This document shows, one piece after another, positions 1-10,326 of a DNA stretch of 64,000 nucleotides; the first letter of the stretch is position 1; every line of letters starts with the position of its first letter. The notes beneath the pieces were generated by a model. That model made no database searches. It was not told the origin of the DNA and was given only the letters and a program-made list of their open reading frames with translations. Both the position numbers and the translations under genes were made by a program. This DNA is from Terriglobia bacterium (lineage in GTDB: Bacteria; Acidobacteriota; Polarisedimenticolia; Polarisedimenticolales; JAIQFR01). Where the stretch lies: the NCBI GenBank assembly GCA_963748015.1, contig CAVVHE010000005.1:256001-320000 (forward strand), in the 5' to 3' direction.

Positions 1-1254
1 GCCCAGGTGGTCCTCGAGGATCCACTGGTACCAGCCCCACCCGAGGTTCTCTTGCGGGACGTTGGGCTTCGTCGCGACGAAGCGTCCCTGCTCGAGCCGG
101 TAGAGGCGATCGTACGCGGCGGCGCAGAGGTCACCCGCTCGTGTCTCGAAGATGGAAGCGATCCGCGGGTTCGCGAGCCCTTCGGCCTCGGCGTAGGACG
201 AGAGCCCTCGCCGCGCGAGCCGCATCAGGCCCCCGCCCTCGGTGCCGAGCCAGAGGTCGCCGGCGGAATCCTCTGCGAGACAGGTGATGTCGTTCTGGAC
301 CAGTCCGTTCTCCGTGAAGTACCAGCGGAACGCCATCTCGCGGCGCTGCTTGGGGCGCAGCTCGCCGAGGCCCACGGCTCCGATCCAGATCGTTCCGTCG
401 CGCGCCTCGAGCGCGGCGCTCACCTGGGGATCGCGGAGGCCGCCGCCGGTCCCGAGCACGTCGGACACCGCGGAGCCCTCCGGGTCGGGCCGGGCAACGA
501 GGCGCGCGAAGCCTCCCGCGGTCGCCGCCCAGATGCGCCCCGCGCCGTCCTCGACGAGCGAGCGGACGTCGTCCGCCGGCAGCCCGTTCCGCTGGGTGAA
601 GCGCTCGACGCGACCGTCCGCGCCGAAGCGATAGAGACCGTACCGCGCGCCGACCCAGAGGCTTCCGTCGCGGGCCGGCAGCAGCGCGGAGACGTAGTTC
701 TGCCTGGACGCGTCGGCGCGATCTTCCGGAAGGCCGACCGGGTGGAAGCGGGCGCGGCTGCCCTCGATCTCCACGCGGAAGAGTCCCGAGGTCGCGCCGG
801 CCCACAGCCGGCCGGCCCGGTCCTCGAGCAGCGCCGTGATGGACGGCGCCGGCTCTCCGTCGGTCTCGAGCAGCGAGAAGAAGCTGCGGTCGGCCTTCGG
901 ATCGAATCGGACGATCCCCCGGGCCGTTCCGACCAGGTACGTGCCGTCGCGAGTTTCGAGAAAGTCGCCGATCGCCGCGGGCGGCAGCCCGCTCTCCGCC
1001 CCGTACGTCGTGAAGCGGTAGCCGTCGAAGCGGCTCAGCTGGTACCGGTGGCAGATCCAGAGATATCCGCGCGAGTCTCGAACGATGCGCCGGACCGAGT
1101 CGCTCGCGAGCCCGTCCGCGGTGGTGAACGACGCGATCGGCAACCGCTCCGCCCGCGCGCCACCGGCGGAGACCAGGAGGAGGACTGCCAGACACGACAG
1201 CCCGGCCGCCAGACGGCGGAAACCGCTCCTGCCCCCCACCCGGACGATCGACAC
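1..1254 (-). CDS. Two-component-regulator propeller (ligand-binding sensor) protein, 3' end runs off the window
   Basis: Absent from the ORF track because there is no stop in the window. Manual translation from GTG 1254 gives a signal-like segment, then ERLPIASFTTADGLASDSVRRIVRDSRGYLWI...LSRFDGYRFTTYG, typical of Reg_prop repeats. Confidence 0.85.
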   Translation of the reverse strand, partial: MSIVRVGGRSGFRRLAAGLSCLAVLLLVSAGGARAERLPIASFTTADGLASDSVRRIVRDSRGYLWICHRYQLSRFDGYRFTTYGAESGLPPAAIGDFLETRDGTYLVGTARGIVRFDPKADRSFFSLLETDGEPAPSITALLEDRAGRLWAGATSGLFRVEIEGSRARFHPVGLPEDRADASRQNYVSALLPARDGSLWVGARYGLYRFGADGRVERFTQRNGLPADDVRSLVEDGAGRIWAATAGGFARLVARPDPEGSAVSDVLGTGGGLRDPQVSAALEARDGTIWIGAVGLGELRPKQRREMAFRWYFTENGLVQNDITCLAEDSAGDLWLGTEGGGLMRLARRGLSSYAEAEGLANPRIASIFETRAGDLCAAAYDRLYRLEQGRFVATKPNVPQENLGWGWYQWILEDHLG

Positions 1255-1337
1255 GTGTTTCCCGACCGGAGGCCGCCGGCGTCGTCGGATCTTGAAGGAC
1301 GCGGCTCCGGTTTCGGGGGTAAAGATACGACGGTTCG

Positions 1338-1892
1338 TCAGCCCTTGGAACGCCCGGGGTGGCGGTTTCCCGGCCGCGCCGGCTGGCGCGAAGGGTTCGC
1401 GCCAGGCGCATGCCGCCAGCTCGAGGGATCGACCGCGTCGGGCCGTCCCCCTGCGCGGGCGCCGTTGCCCCCGCGGTGGAGCCTTCCGCCCTGCGCCGGC
1501 ACGCCGTACGGGTAGGTGCGGGGGTATCCCGGATACCCGTCGTGGCCGCGGTACCCGTAATATCCGTAATACCCGTAGTACGGCGACAGCAGCCTGTACC
1601 GTGGCTCCGGCGGGGCGGTGTACGCGTCCACCACGGCGCGGTCGAAGTCGTAGCGGCGGTCCGCATCGACGCGCGCGTACTCGCGGTCGAGGAACTCCTG
1701 CACGAAGCGCCACTCTCCCCCGTCGGGCGTGCGGACGGGCCCGTCGGGGGCGGTCGGCGGGCCGAACTTCTCGAGATCGGCGTTGGTGTAGAGGGGAACC
1801 GGTTCGCCGGCCGGAAGCTGCTCCGCCCGGGCCGGCGCCTGGATCGCCAGAACGCCGATCGCCGCGGCCGCGAGAAGGCCGATTCGCCTCAT
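1338..1892 (-). CDS. Secreted hypothetical protein with a Tyr/Gly-rich low-complexity tract
   Basis: Signal peptide MRRIGLLAAAAIGVLAIQAPARA, a LYTNADLEK motif and a YYGYYGYYGY tract. Confidence 0.65.
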   Translation of the reverse strand: MRRIGLLAAAAIGVLAIQAPARAEQLPAGEPVPLYTNADLEKFGPPTAPDGPVRTPDGGEWRFVQEFLDREYARVDADRRYDFDRAVVDAYTAPPEPRYRLLSPYYGYYGYYGYRGHDGYPGYPRTYPYGVPAQGGRLHRGGNGARAGGRPDAVDPSSWRHAPGANPSRQPARPGNRHPGRSKG

Positions 1893-1971
1893 GGAATGAA
1901 GGTACGGCGAACCGGCCAGGCGGGCCACGTCGAGGCCGCGAGAATATGGGGCCTCGGCGGCGGCCGCGGCT

Positions 1972-2949
1972 TCAGACCGGGAGGCCGGACGCGTCGAACA
2001 TCCCCTCGAAGAGGACGGTCGAGAGGTAGCGCTCCCCGGCGTCCGGCAGGACGACGACGATCGTCTTCCCGGCGAACTCGGGCGCCCGAGCAAGCCGGGC
2101 GGCGACGGCGGTCGCGGCGCCGCAGGAGATGCCGGACAGGAGCCCCTCCTCGCGGGCGAGGCGGCGGGCGTATTCGACGGCCTCCTCGTTGGTCACCTGC
2201 TCGACCCGGTCCACGAGCGACAGGTCGAGCGTATCGGGAACGAACCCGGCCCCGAGCCCCTGGATCTTGTGCGGCCCCGGCCGGAGCTCCTGCCCCGCGA
2301 GCCTCTGCGAGAGGACCGGGCTGCCGGCAGGCTCGACCGCGACCGAGAGGATCGCCTTGCCCTTGGTCTTCTTGATGAAGCGGGACACTCCTGTGATGGT
2401 GCCGCCCGTGCCGACGCCGGACACGAGGACGTCGATCGCTCCGTCCGTGTCCTCCCAGATCTCCGGCCCCGTCGTCCTCTCGTGGATCGCGGGGTTCGCC
2501 GGGTTCTTGAACTGCTGGGGCATGAAGTAGCGCTTCGGATCGCTCGCCGCGATCTCCTCCGCCCTAGCGATCGCCCCCTTCATCCCCGCGGGGCCGTCCG
2601 TGAGCACGAGCTTCGCGCCGAAGGCGGCCAGGACCTTCCGGCGCTCCACGCTCATCGTCTCCGGCATCGTCAGGGTGAGGGCGTAGCCGCGCGCCGCGGC
2701 GACGTAGGCCAGGGCGATTCCGGTGTTGCCGCTGGTGGGCTCGACGATCTCCATGCCGGGAAGGAGCGCCCCCCGCCCCTCCGCGTCCCAGACCATCGCG
2801 GCGCCGATTCGGCATTTCACGGAGTAGGCGGGGTTCCGCCCCTCGATCTTCGCGAGGACCAGGGGGCCTCCCGCGGGAACGACGCGGTTGAGGCGCACCA
2901 GCGGGGTGCGGCCGATGGAGCGGGTCACGTCGGGGAAGAAACTCGCCAT
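1972..2949 (-). CDS. cysK: Cysteine synthase A
   Basis: [20 protein letters not shown] (PLP lysine), [34 protein letters not shown] 2949 with a GGAGG RBS. Confidence 0.95.
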   Translation of the reverse strand: MASFFPDVTRSIGRTPLVRLNRVVPAGGPLVLAKIEGRNPAYSVKCRIGAAMVWDAEGRGALLPGMEIVEPTSGNTGIALAYVAAARGYALTLTMPETMSVERRKVLAAFGAKLVLTDGPAGMKGAIARAEEIAASDPKRYFMPQQFKNPANPAIHERTTGPEIWEDTDGAIDVLVSGVGTGGTITGVSRFIKKTKGKAILSVAVEPAGSPVLSQRLAGQELRPGPHKIQGLGAGFVPDTLDLSLVDRVEQVTNEEAVEYARRLAREEGLLSGISCGAATAVAARLARAPEFAGKTIVVVLPDAGERYLSTVLFEGMFDASGLPV

Positions 2950-3053
2950 GACGGCCTCCGGGACGCCTTCGGACGGGCGTTGCGATGACGAACGACTTTC
3001 AGTATGCGGCGTTCGTGGGAGTCTCGCACTCTCTGGGCGGCGAGTGACCCGCG

Positions 3054-4448
3054 TCAGGCGAGGATCGCGAGCGCAAGGTCCCGCGCCTGGGAGCGGATCT
3101 CGGGGACCGCGAGGGTCTCCCAGAGCGAGCCCTTTCGCGGCGGTCCCAGGGTGGACAGGACGGTCGAGCGGACCCCGTCCGCCCCGATCAACAATCCGTC
3201 GGGACCCGCGTCGAGCCCGAACCCGAGCGGGCCCGGGCGGGCCGCGCCGCTCCGGAGGAGCTCGTCGACGAGGGGGCTCACCGTCCCGGCGTAGACTTCG
3301 TGCGGGCCGGTGCAGTTCACGATCGCGGTCACCAGCAGGCACTCATCGGCGACCGCCCCGCGCCTCCTCAGCCACACCCGCGCGCCGTCCGCGTCGGCCT
3401 CGACCCGCACGAGGCGCGCCGCCCGCGGGCGCAACGTTCCCGACCGGAGCAGTTCCTCGAGCCGTCGCGCCACATCGGGAGCGATACGGTGACGGGCGGT
3501 GTCCCAGTAGGGACGCACGTGCCGCAAGAACCGCCGCCGTTCGAGTCTCGGAAAAGCCCTGCCACAGTCCCTGGGTCCGCGGCCTGAGGCCGTCCACGAC
3601 GGCCCGCCAATCCTCGGGCTCGCCGAGGCTTCTCTCCCTCGAAACTTCCGAACTCGCCGCACGAGGTCGCGCAATCCGAGCGTCTCTCCCGGCGCCACCG
3701 GCGGCAACGGTTCCGGTGGAAGCGGGGCGTGCGACCGCGGCAGCTTCCCTCGCCTCGAGATCGCGTGGAGCGGCCCCGTGATCCCGCGCTCCGCGAGGAC
3801 GAGCGCCACGTCCGCCATCGTCAGCCCGGTGCCGAGCAGCAGGACGGGCCCGTCGGCGGCGAGCGCCTCCAGCGCTCCCGGCGTCCACGGGTCGGACACG
3901 TAGAGCGGAGGAGCGAGCCGCGACAGCCCGGGCACTTCAGGGGAGCTCGGAGGGCGGTTTCCCAGCGCGAGAACGGCATGCGCGGCCGCGATCTCGCCCC
4001 CGTCCGCGAGGACGATGGAGACGCCCCCTCGCGAGGGACGCGCGGCAACCGCCTCCCCCGCGATCCGGCGGAGCGTGACGCCCGGTATCGCCGCGCGCTC
4101 GGCCTCGTCGAGCGCCGCGGCCACGTACGCGCCGTAAACGGACCGCGGCAAGAAGTCCTCCGGCCCCGCGCCCGGCACGGGCCCGTCGCCCCTCGGCCCG
4201 TTCAGCCACCGCACGAAATGGTCCGGATCGTCCGGGAGGGCGCTCATGCTCCCGGCACGCACGTTGAGCAGGTGGAGCTCGCTGGCCGTGCCGAAGGCCA
4301 CGCCCCGGCCGAAGCGCCCGCCGCGGTCGATCAGCGCGATCTCGAGCGGCGCCCGCGCGAGCCGCAGGAGCTGCACGGCGACGAACGTACCGCTGACCCC
4401 GCCGCCGACGATCGCGACCGTTCGAGAAGGAGAAACCAACCTGTCCAC
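3054..4448 (-). CDS. FAD/NAD(P)-binding oxidoreductase, with an apparent pair of compensating frameshifts at about 3545-3650
   Basis: [11 protein letters not shown]ossmann motif, [45 protein letters not shown]. Confidence 0.85.
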   Translation of the reverse strand: MDRLVSPSRTVAIVGGGVSGTFVAVQLLRLARAPLEIALIDRGGRFGRGVAFGTASELHLLNVRAGSMSALPDDPDHFVRWLNGPRGDGPVPGAGPEDFLPRSVYGAYVAAALDEAERAAIPGVTLRRIAGEAVAARPSRGGVSIVLADGGEIAAAHAVLALGNRPPSSPEVPGLSRLAPPLYVSDPWTPGALEALAADGPVLLLGTGLTMADVALVLAERGITGPLHAISRRGKLPRSHAPLPPEPLPPVAPGETLGLRDLVRRVRKFRGREASASPRIGGPSWTASGRGPRDCGRAFPRLERRRFLRHVRPYWDTARHRIAPDVARRLEELLRSGTLRPRAARLVRVEADADGARVWLRRRGAVADECLLVTAIVNCTGPHEVYAGTVSPLVDELLRSGAARPGPLGFGLDAGPDGLLIGADGVRSTVLSTLGPPRKGSLWETLAVPEIRSQARDLALAILA

Positions 4449-4591
4449 GGTCCCTCGACGCGGCTCCGAATGCCGTACGGGGTGCGATTCAGGTAGCCGA
4501 CGAGGCTACGGCACCTCCACTCGAGCGCGTACGTCTCCGGCCGGAAGCAGTATCGCACGCGGATGCGCTGCCCGCGGCGCCCCGCCCCGCC

Positions 4592-5299
4592 TCATCCACG
4601 GAGCGGGCGCAGGAGGAACCCTCTCCCGGCCAGCACGCGCCGCACCTCCGCGAGGATGCGGGCGGCGCCCGGCGTGTCGGAGTGCACGCAGATCGTGTCC
4701 ACCCGCCCGTCCCTCGCCAGGCGGAGGGCCTGGGCCGCCGCCTCGGCGGGATCCGTGATCAGCGCGCCGGGCAGACGCCTCGAGCGGAGCGAGCCGTCGG
4801 GCTCGTAGGCCCGGTCGGCGAACCCCTCCCCCGCCACCGCGAATCCGAGAGCGCGCCAGAGCTCGAGCGCCGGCGACCCCGCGAGGCCGACGAGCACGAG
4901 ACCGGGGTCGTGGAGGGCCACGCCCCGGGCGACCGCCTCGGCGATCGCGGCGTCCTTCATCGCTTCCCCGTAGAGCGCGCCGTGCGGCTTCACGTGGCCG
5001 AGGATGGCACCGGCGCGCGCCGCGATGCGCGCGAGGGCTAGAACCTGGGAGCGCACCGCCTCGGCGAGCTCGCCGGGCGTCATCGCCAGGGCGACCCGCC
5101 CGAAGCCCTCCCGGTCCGGGTAGGAGGGGTGCGCGCCGAGGGCCACGCCGTGCGCGAGGGACTGCCGCACGGCCGCCTCCATGGAGGCGTCGTCTCCGGC
5201 GTGCCCTCCGCATGCGATGTTGGCCGACGTGATGCACGGGTAGATCGCATCCTCGCCCAGCCCCTCGCCGAGGTCGCAGTTGAGATCGATCTCGCTCAC
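4592..5299 (-). CDS. pxpA: 5-oxoprolinase subunit A (LamB/YcsF family)
   Basis: IDLNCDLGEG, SANIACGGHAGD, GAHPSYPDREGFGR, HVKPHGALY, TICVHSDTPGA. GTG start overlaps the MFS stop. Confidence 0.93.
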   Translation of the reverse strand: MSEIDLNCDLGEGLGEDAIYPCITSANIACGGHAGDDASMEAAVRQSLAHGVALGAHPSYPDREGFGRVALAMTPGELAEAVRSQVLALARIAARAGAILGHVKPHGALYGEAMKDAAIAEAVARGVALHDPGLVLVGLAGSPALELWRALGFAVAGEGFADRAYEPDGSLRSRRLPGALITDPAEAAAQALRLARDGRVDTICVHSDTPGAARILAEVRRVLAGRGFLLRPLRG

Positions 5300-6513
5300 G
5301 ACAGCTCCTCCCCCCGGGTCTCCGGGAGCAGAAGGACCAGGAACGCGCCCGCGAGGAAGAACGCCGACGTGAAGGCGAGCGCGATCCCGAGGCCGTAGGC
5401 GTCCGCGAGGGCGCCGATCGTGAAGGGCGCGAGCGCGCTCACCGCCCGCCCCGCGTTGTAGCAGATCCCCTGCGCCGTTGCGCGGATCGAGGACGGGAAC
5501 AGCTCCGCCAGCATCGCGCCGAAGACGCTGAAGTAGCCGTGGCCGAAGAAGCCGACGAGGGGGCCGAGAAGGAGGAGCGCGGTCGCGCTCCGCGCGCCCA
5601 TCCCGTACACGGGAACGAGGACCGCCGCGCCGAGCACGAACGCCTGCACCGCCGGGCGCCTCCCGAACCGGTCCGCGAAGAAACCGAAGGACGAGTAGCC
5701 CAGGAACGCACCCGCCTGCATCGCGACGATCCACCATGACGATCGCACGACGCCGAGACCCGCTCCCCCGGCCTCCCTGGAGCCCGCGAGATAGGAAGGC
5801 ACCCACGTGAAGAGCCCCCAGTAGGCGAAGAGCAGGCTCGTCGCGAGCGCCGTCGAGACGACGACTCGGCGGCGGAGGGGCGGCCGCAGTAGCGCTCTCG
5901 CGTCCAGGAGCGGCCTTCGCGCGGAGGAGCTCCAGATCTCGGGCTCCGGCACGCTCCGCCTGATCCACACGGTGAGCAGCGCCGGCGCGATGCCGAGGGC
6001 GAACAGGACCCGCCACCCGTACTTGGGAAGGATCGCGGCGGCGAGGAGCGCGGCCGCGGCGTAGCCGATCGCCCAGCCCGACTGCATGAGCCCGATCGCC
6101 TTCCCCCGGTGGCGCGCCGGCCACGTCTCCGCCACGAGCACCGACCCGGCGGACCACTCCCCTCCGAGTCCGATCCCGACGAGGGCGCGCCAGAGCACGA
6201 GCTCGGCGACGCTTCTCGAGGTGGCCGTCAGCGCCGTGAACACGGAGTACGTGAGGATCGAGACGATCAGCGCGCGCGCCCGCCCGATCCGGTCGGCCGC
6301 GAAGCCGAACAGGATGCCTCCGGCGGCGGAAGCGAGGAGGGTCACCGAGGCGAGCGCCCCCGCCTGCGCCGCGTCGAGACCGAACTCGGAGCGGATCGCT
6401 CCGAGGGCGAAGGCGTAGAGCATGACGTCGAGGGCGTCGAGCATCCACCCGAGACCCGCCGCGATCAGCGTCTTCCACTGGGCCGGGGTGATCGGATCAG
6501 CCGAGGAGCTCAC
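5296..6513 (-). CDS. MFS transporter (organic-acid type) inside the pxp operon
   Basis: About 12 hydrophobic segments, GWMLDALD, ADRIGRA motif A, GLGGEW, ELFPSSIRATAQG. Confidence 0.9.
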   Translation of the reverse strand: MSSSADPITPAQWKTLIAAGLGWMLDALDVMLYAFALGAIRSEFGLDAAQAGALASVTLLASAAGGILFGFAADRIGRARALIVSILTYSVFTALTATSRSVAELVLWRALVGIGLGGEWSAGSVLVAETWPARHRGKAIGLMQSGWAIGYAAAALLAAAILPKYGWRVLFALGIAPALLTVWIRRSVPEPEIWSSSARRPLLDARALLRPPLRRRVVVSTALATSLLFAYWGLFTWVPSYLAGSREAGGAGLGVVRSSWWIVAMQAGAFLGYSSFGFFADRFGRRPAVQAFVLGAAVLVPVYGMGARSATALLLLGPLVGFFGHGYFSVFGAMLAELFPSSIRATAQGICYNAGRAVSALAPFTIGALADAYGLGIALAFTSAFFLAGAFLVLLLPETRGEELS

Positions 6514-7453
6514 GAAGAGCGTTCTCCTGCTCCGCGAGGAGCGCCTGCGCCGTGTCGAACGAAACGGGCTCGAAGCGCACGACGTCGCGCGGACGGAGCT
6601 GCCCGAGCGCGTGGAAGTCGGCGGAGACGACGCTGGCGATCTTCGGGTACCCGCCGGTCGTGGGATGCTCGACGAGGAGGACGATCGGTTGCCCGTCGGG
6701 CGGGACCTGCACGGCCCCCGGGCAGACCCCCTCGGTGACGAGCTCGCGACCGGCCGAGGGGAGGATCGCGCGCCCCTCGAGCCGGAGTCCCATCCGGTTC
6801 GACAATTCGGTCACCCGGTAGCCTTCCGCGTGGAACGCGAGGCGCTCGTCCTCGGGGAACCAGGCCGCCTGCGGCCCGGGGGTGACGCGAAGGGCGTCGC
6901 GGCGCAGGAGGCCGGGGACGCCACGCGGGTCGAAGCGCGCGGAGGGGAGCTCGCCCGCGACGCGGTCGCCGACGTCGAGCCGGTCGCCGATCCGCAGCGG
7001 CCGCCCCTCGAACCCGCCCAGGCCGACGAGGAGGTGCGTGGAGGCGCTCCCGAGGACGTCGGGCACCGAGATCCCGCCCCGCACGCACAGGTAGGCTCTC
7101 GCGCCCCCGCGAGTCGCGCCGAGCTGCAGCGTCTGCCCCGCCCGCGCCTCGAGGGGGGCCCACGATGGGACCGCGGCGCCGTCGAGCCGCGGGGCGAAGT
7201 CCGAGCCGGCGAACGCGATCACGGCGGGACGCTCGAACGCGAACGTCCCGCCGACTAGGGTCAGCTCGAGCGCCGCGGCGCCGTCCCCGTTCCCGACGAG
7301 GCGGTTGCCGATGCGGAGCGAGAGGGGATCGGCCGCCCCCGACGGCGGCACGCCGAGCTCGCCGTGACCGAAGCGCCCGAGGTCCTGGACGGTCGTCAGG
7401 AGGCCGGGCGCCACGACGCGGATCGTCCCCCTCGCGACGTCTCGTGCGCTCAC
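6497..7453 (-). CDS. pxpC: 5-oxoprolinase subunit C (KipA/allophanate hydrolase 2 family)
   Basis: PGLLTTVQDLGR, GNRLVGN, SNRMGLRL, TTGGYPKIA. GTG start overlaps the pxpB stop. Confidence 0.92.
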   Translation of the reverse strand: MSARDVARGTIRVVAPGLLTTVQDLGRFGHGELGVPPSGAADPLSLRIGNRLVGNGDGAAALELTLVGGTFAFERPAVIAFAGSDFAPRLDGAAVPSWAPLEARAGQTLQLGATRGGARAYLCVRGGISVPDVLGSASTHLLVGLGGFEGRPLRIGDRLDVGDRVAGELPSARFDPRGVPGLLRRDALRVTPGPQAAWFPEDERLAFHAEGYRVTELSNRMGLRLEGRAILPSAGRELVTEGVCPGAVQVPPDGQPIVLLVEHPTTGGYPKIASVVSADFHALGQLRPRDVVRFEPVSFDTAQALLAEQENALRELLG

Positions 7454-8118
7454 GCCGTCTCCTGCACGAACACCACGCGATCCCCCATGCGGACGAGCGA
7501 GACCGGCTCCCGCGCCGGATCGAAGAGGCTCGCGGGCGTCCATCCGATGACCCGCCAGCCGCCGGGGGACGGCAACGGGTAGATCCCGGTCTGCGACCCG
7601 CCGATCGCGACGCTTCCCGCCGGCACGCGCCTGCGCGGCGTCGCCAGGCGCGGGACGGAAAGCGCGGGATCGAGACCCGCGAGGTACGGGAAGCCGGGAG
7701 TGAAGCCGAGGAACGCGACCTCGTACTGTCCGGCCGCGTGGAGGCGTACGACTTCGTCTTCCGCGAGGCCGCAGTGCTTCGCGACGTCGCCGAGATCGGG
7801 GCCGTGGGATCCACCGTAGCGCACCGGGATTTCGACACGGCGCGGCTCGGGAAGCGGCACGCGGCCGAGTCCCGCCAACGCCTCCTCCACGAACTGCCGC
7901 AGCGCCTCGGCGCGAGCGACAAGGGGATCGAAGCGGATGAGCAGCGACGCGTAGGCCGGGTGGAGATTCAGGACGCCGGGGACGGCGCGGGAGCGCAGGG
8001 CCGTCAGGAGCCGGAGAACGTGCCGGCTGCTCTCCGCGGAGATCTCCTCGCCGAACGAGACCAGCAGCGCGTGGTCGCTCGCGAGGACGATCCGAGGCAG
8101 TCCGGGCGGCTCGGTCAT
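7450..8118 (-). CDS. pxpB: 5-oxoprolinase subunit B (KipI family)
   Basis: PAYASLLIRFDP, IPVRYGG, GFTPGFPYL, QTGIYPLPSPGGWRVIG. Confidence 0.93.
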   Translation of the reverse strand: MTEPPGLPRIVLASDHALLVSFGEEISAESSRHVLRLLTALRSRAVPGVLNLHPAYASLLIRFDPLVARAEALRQFVEEALAGLGRVPLPEPRRVEIPVRYGGSHGPDLGDVAKHCGLAEDEVVRLHAAGQYEVAFLGFTPGFPYLAGLDPALSVPRLATPRRRVPAGSVAIGGSQTGIYPLPSPGGWRVIGWTPASLFDPAREPVSLVRMGDRVVFVQETA

Positions 8119-8298
8119 GCGGAAACCCCGCGGATCGGCACCGATGCCCGCGCCGCTCCGCGAGATCGCGCCTCCCTCGAGAGGATACGACGCTTTCCCC
8201 GGCGGGAGGAGGGGCCCGGACTTGCCGACCCGGCGGGGCGGACCCTAGATTGAACCCGCGGGATCGAAGGGATCGGCTGCCAGCCGAAAGGGGCCGTC

Positions 8299-8742
8299 AT
8301 GGCATTCAAGAACAGGGTCGTCGCGCGCTACCTGGATGGCCGGGTCATGAAGGGATTCACCTTCGATTTCCTTCCCAACAAGGAAGGATTCCACCTCGTC
8401 GACTCCGAGAGCGAGAAGAAGGTGTCCGCCGTCGCCGCCAAGGACCTGAAGGCCATCTTCTTCGTGAAGACGTTCGCGGGGAACAAGGAGCGCAAGAAAC
8501 GTCTCGCCATCGGTTGGGGACGGCCGGGCGGCCAGCGGCTCAGGATCACCTTCCTCGACGGCGAGGTGCTGCAGGGAACGGCCACGGTGTACACCCCCGG
8601 GCGGCTCGGGTTCTTCGTCATTCCGGCCGACGACGGGAGCAACAACGAGAGGGCGTTCGTCTACTCGGCCGCGACCAAGAGCGTCGAGGTGATCACCGCG
8701 GAGACGGCGGCCCCCGCCGCCGGCGCCCGCGGTACCCGCTGA
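8299..8742 (+). CDS. Hypothetical protein (DUF6982-like duplicated small beta domain)
   Basis: VVARYLDGRVMKGFTFDF...LKAIFFVK and a second unit ITFLDGEVLQG...GFFVIPAD. Confidence 0.75.
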   Translation: MAFKNRVVARYLDGRVMKGFTFDFLPNKEGFHLVDSESEKKVSAVAAKDLKAIFFVKTFAGNKERKKRLAIGWGRPGGQRLRITFLDGEVLQGTATVYTPGRLGFFVIPADDGSNNERAFVYSAATKSVEVITAETAAPAAGARGTR

Positions 8743-8904
8743 CCCGCCGCCTCCCCGGCCAGCGCCGCCTGAAACCGCGCCCCGGGGGCGCCGCGGCCGG
8801 CGCTCCTTGCTTCGCGGACCCCGGGATCCATATTGTTGGAGGAAGGGTACCGAACCGGTCACGCGAGGGCGCGGCGAGGGTCCGTGCCTGCCGGGGGGTG
8901 AGCG

Positions 8905-10209
8905 ATGGCCAAGAGAATCGGCGAGACTCTGATCGAGAAGGGACTCATCACGCCCGCCCAGCTCGAGACCGCGCTCAAGAACCAGCTCATCCTCGGAGGC
9001 CACCTCGGCACCTGCCTCCTCGAGCTCGAGTTCGTGAGCGAGGAGCAGCTCGGAAAGGCCCTCACCCAAGGTCTTGGCATCCCCTACGCTTCTCCCACGA
9101 CGCTTCGAATATTGCCGGAGAGCGTGATCCGGGCGCTGCCGAAGCGGCTCGTCGCCGAGTACCGCGCGGTGCCGATCGGTTTCAAGGAGAACACGCTGCA
9201 CGTCGCGATGGTCGACCCGAGGGACCTCCGGGCGCTCGACGCGCTGGCGTTCGGGTCGGGCTACAAGATCGCGGCGTGGATCGCGCCGGAGATCCGGATC
9301 GTCGAGGCGATGGAGCGCTACTACGACATCCCGAGGACGGCCCGCTACATCGCGGTCGCGCGCTCGATCGACCGCCTCGCCGAGGAGTCCGGAGAAACGC
9401 AACCCTCGGCACCGACCCCCTTCGGCGAGACTTACAGCTCCGGCACCAACAAGGATGCCGACCTCGGCAACTTCGACGCCGAGTACGGTTACGGCAGGTC
9501 GTGGGTCGAGATTGCCGACGAGCTTTGCGCTTCCGAAGGGAGCCGCCCGGAGGTGCCCCCGGCCGACCGGGTCTCTCGGAGGACCTCGCCGCAGTCCGCG
9601 CCTCCCGCCGGCGCGCTGTCCGAGGTGGCCGACAGCCTCTGCGCCGCGGGCGACAAGGACGAGATCGCCCGGGTGATCCTGGATCACGCCTCGCGCACGA
9701 TGCCGCGCTGCCTGCTCCTCGCGGTCCGGAACGGCGAGGCGAGCATCTGGAGCGGTGCCGGTTTTCCCGGGGCCGCCTTCGGCGCGGCCTCGCCCAGGTT
9801 CCCGATCCACGGGGCGGGGATCTTCCATCTCCTCCTGGGCAACGAGCACTACCTTGGACCGCTTGCGGACGACCCCCGCCACACGACCTTCTACCGGGCG
9901 CTCGGCGCCCAACCCCCGGCCGAGATCTTCCTGGCGCCCGTGCATCTCAGCGATCGCCTCGTCGCGCTCGTTCTCGGCGACGGCGGGCCCGGCGGCCGGA
10001 TCGCCGGCGAGGCGCGGGACCACCTGAAGCTGGTGCGCATGCTCGCGCTCTCGCTGAGCCTGCTCGTTCTCAAGAGGAAGATCCGCGACGTTGCGTCGTT
10101 CGCGCCGGCCGACGCAGGCGCGGGCTCCGGCGCGGCAGGATCCCCGGGGCCGGCGGCCGCCGCGGGAGCGCCGCCTCCGGCCGGGAAGTCCCCTCTGACG
10201 CGCGGCTGA
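8905..10209 (+). CDS. MshEN/GSPII_N-domain protein without an ATPase domain, putative c-di-GMP receptor
   Basis: N-terminal RIGETLIEKGLITPAQLETALKNQ fits the MshEN RLGxxLxxxGLITxxQLxxALxxQ motif, followed by LHVAMVDP. No Walker motifs seen. Confidence 0.8.
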   Translation: MAKRIGETLIEKGLITPAQLETALKNQLILGGHLGTCLLELEFVSEEQLGKALTQGLGIPYASPTTLRILPESVIRALPKRLVAEYRAVPIGFKENTLHVAMVDPRDLRALDALAFGSGYKIAAWIAPEIRIVEAMERYYDIPRTARYIAVARSIDRLAEESGETQPSAPTPFGETYSSGTNKDADLGNFDAEYGYGRSWVEIADELCASEGSRPEVPPADRVSRRTSPQSAPPAGALSEVADSLCAAGDKDEIARVILDHASRTMPRCLLLAVRNGEASIWSGAGFPGAAFGAASPRFPIHGAGIFHLLLGNEHYLGPLADDPRHTTFYRALGAQPPAEIFLAPVHLSDRLVALVLGDGGPGGRIAGEARDHLKLVRMLALSLSLLVLKRKIRDVASFAPADAGAGSGAAGSPGPAAAAGAPPPAGKSPLTRG

Positions 10210-10326
10210 ACCTCCCGTCTCCCGGCCCGCTCCCACGATGCTTGACTTCGAGGTTCCGCCGGTGTGAAATCCGCCGAAGCGAGGACGGGGCATCGGGAAG
10301 CGCCGCCGTCCTTCGGGGAGGAGACG

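Noticed and set aside
2950..3053. SAM riboswitch or T-box upstream of cysK
   Set aside because: No recognisable consensus elements.
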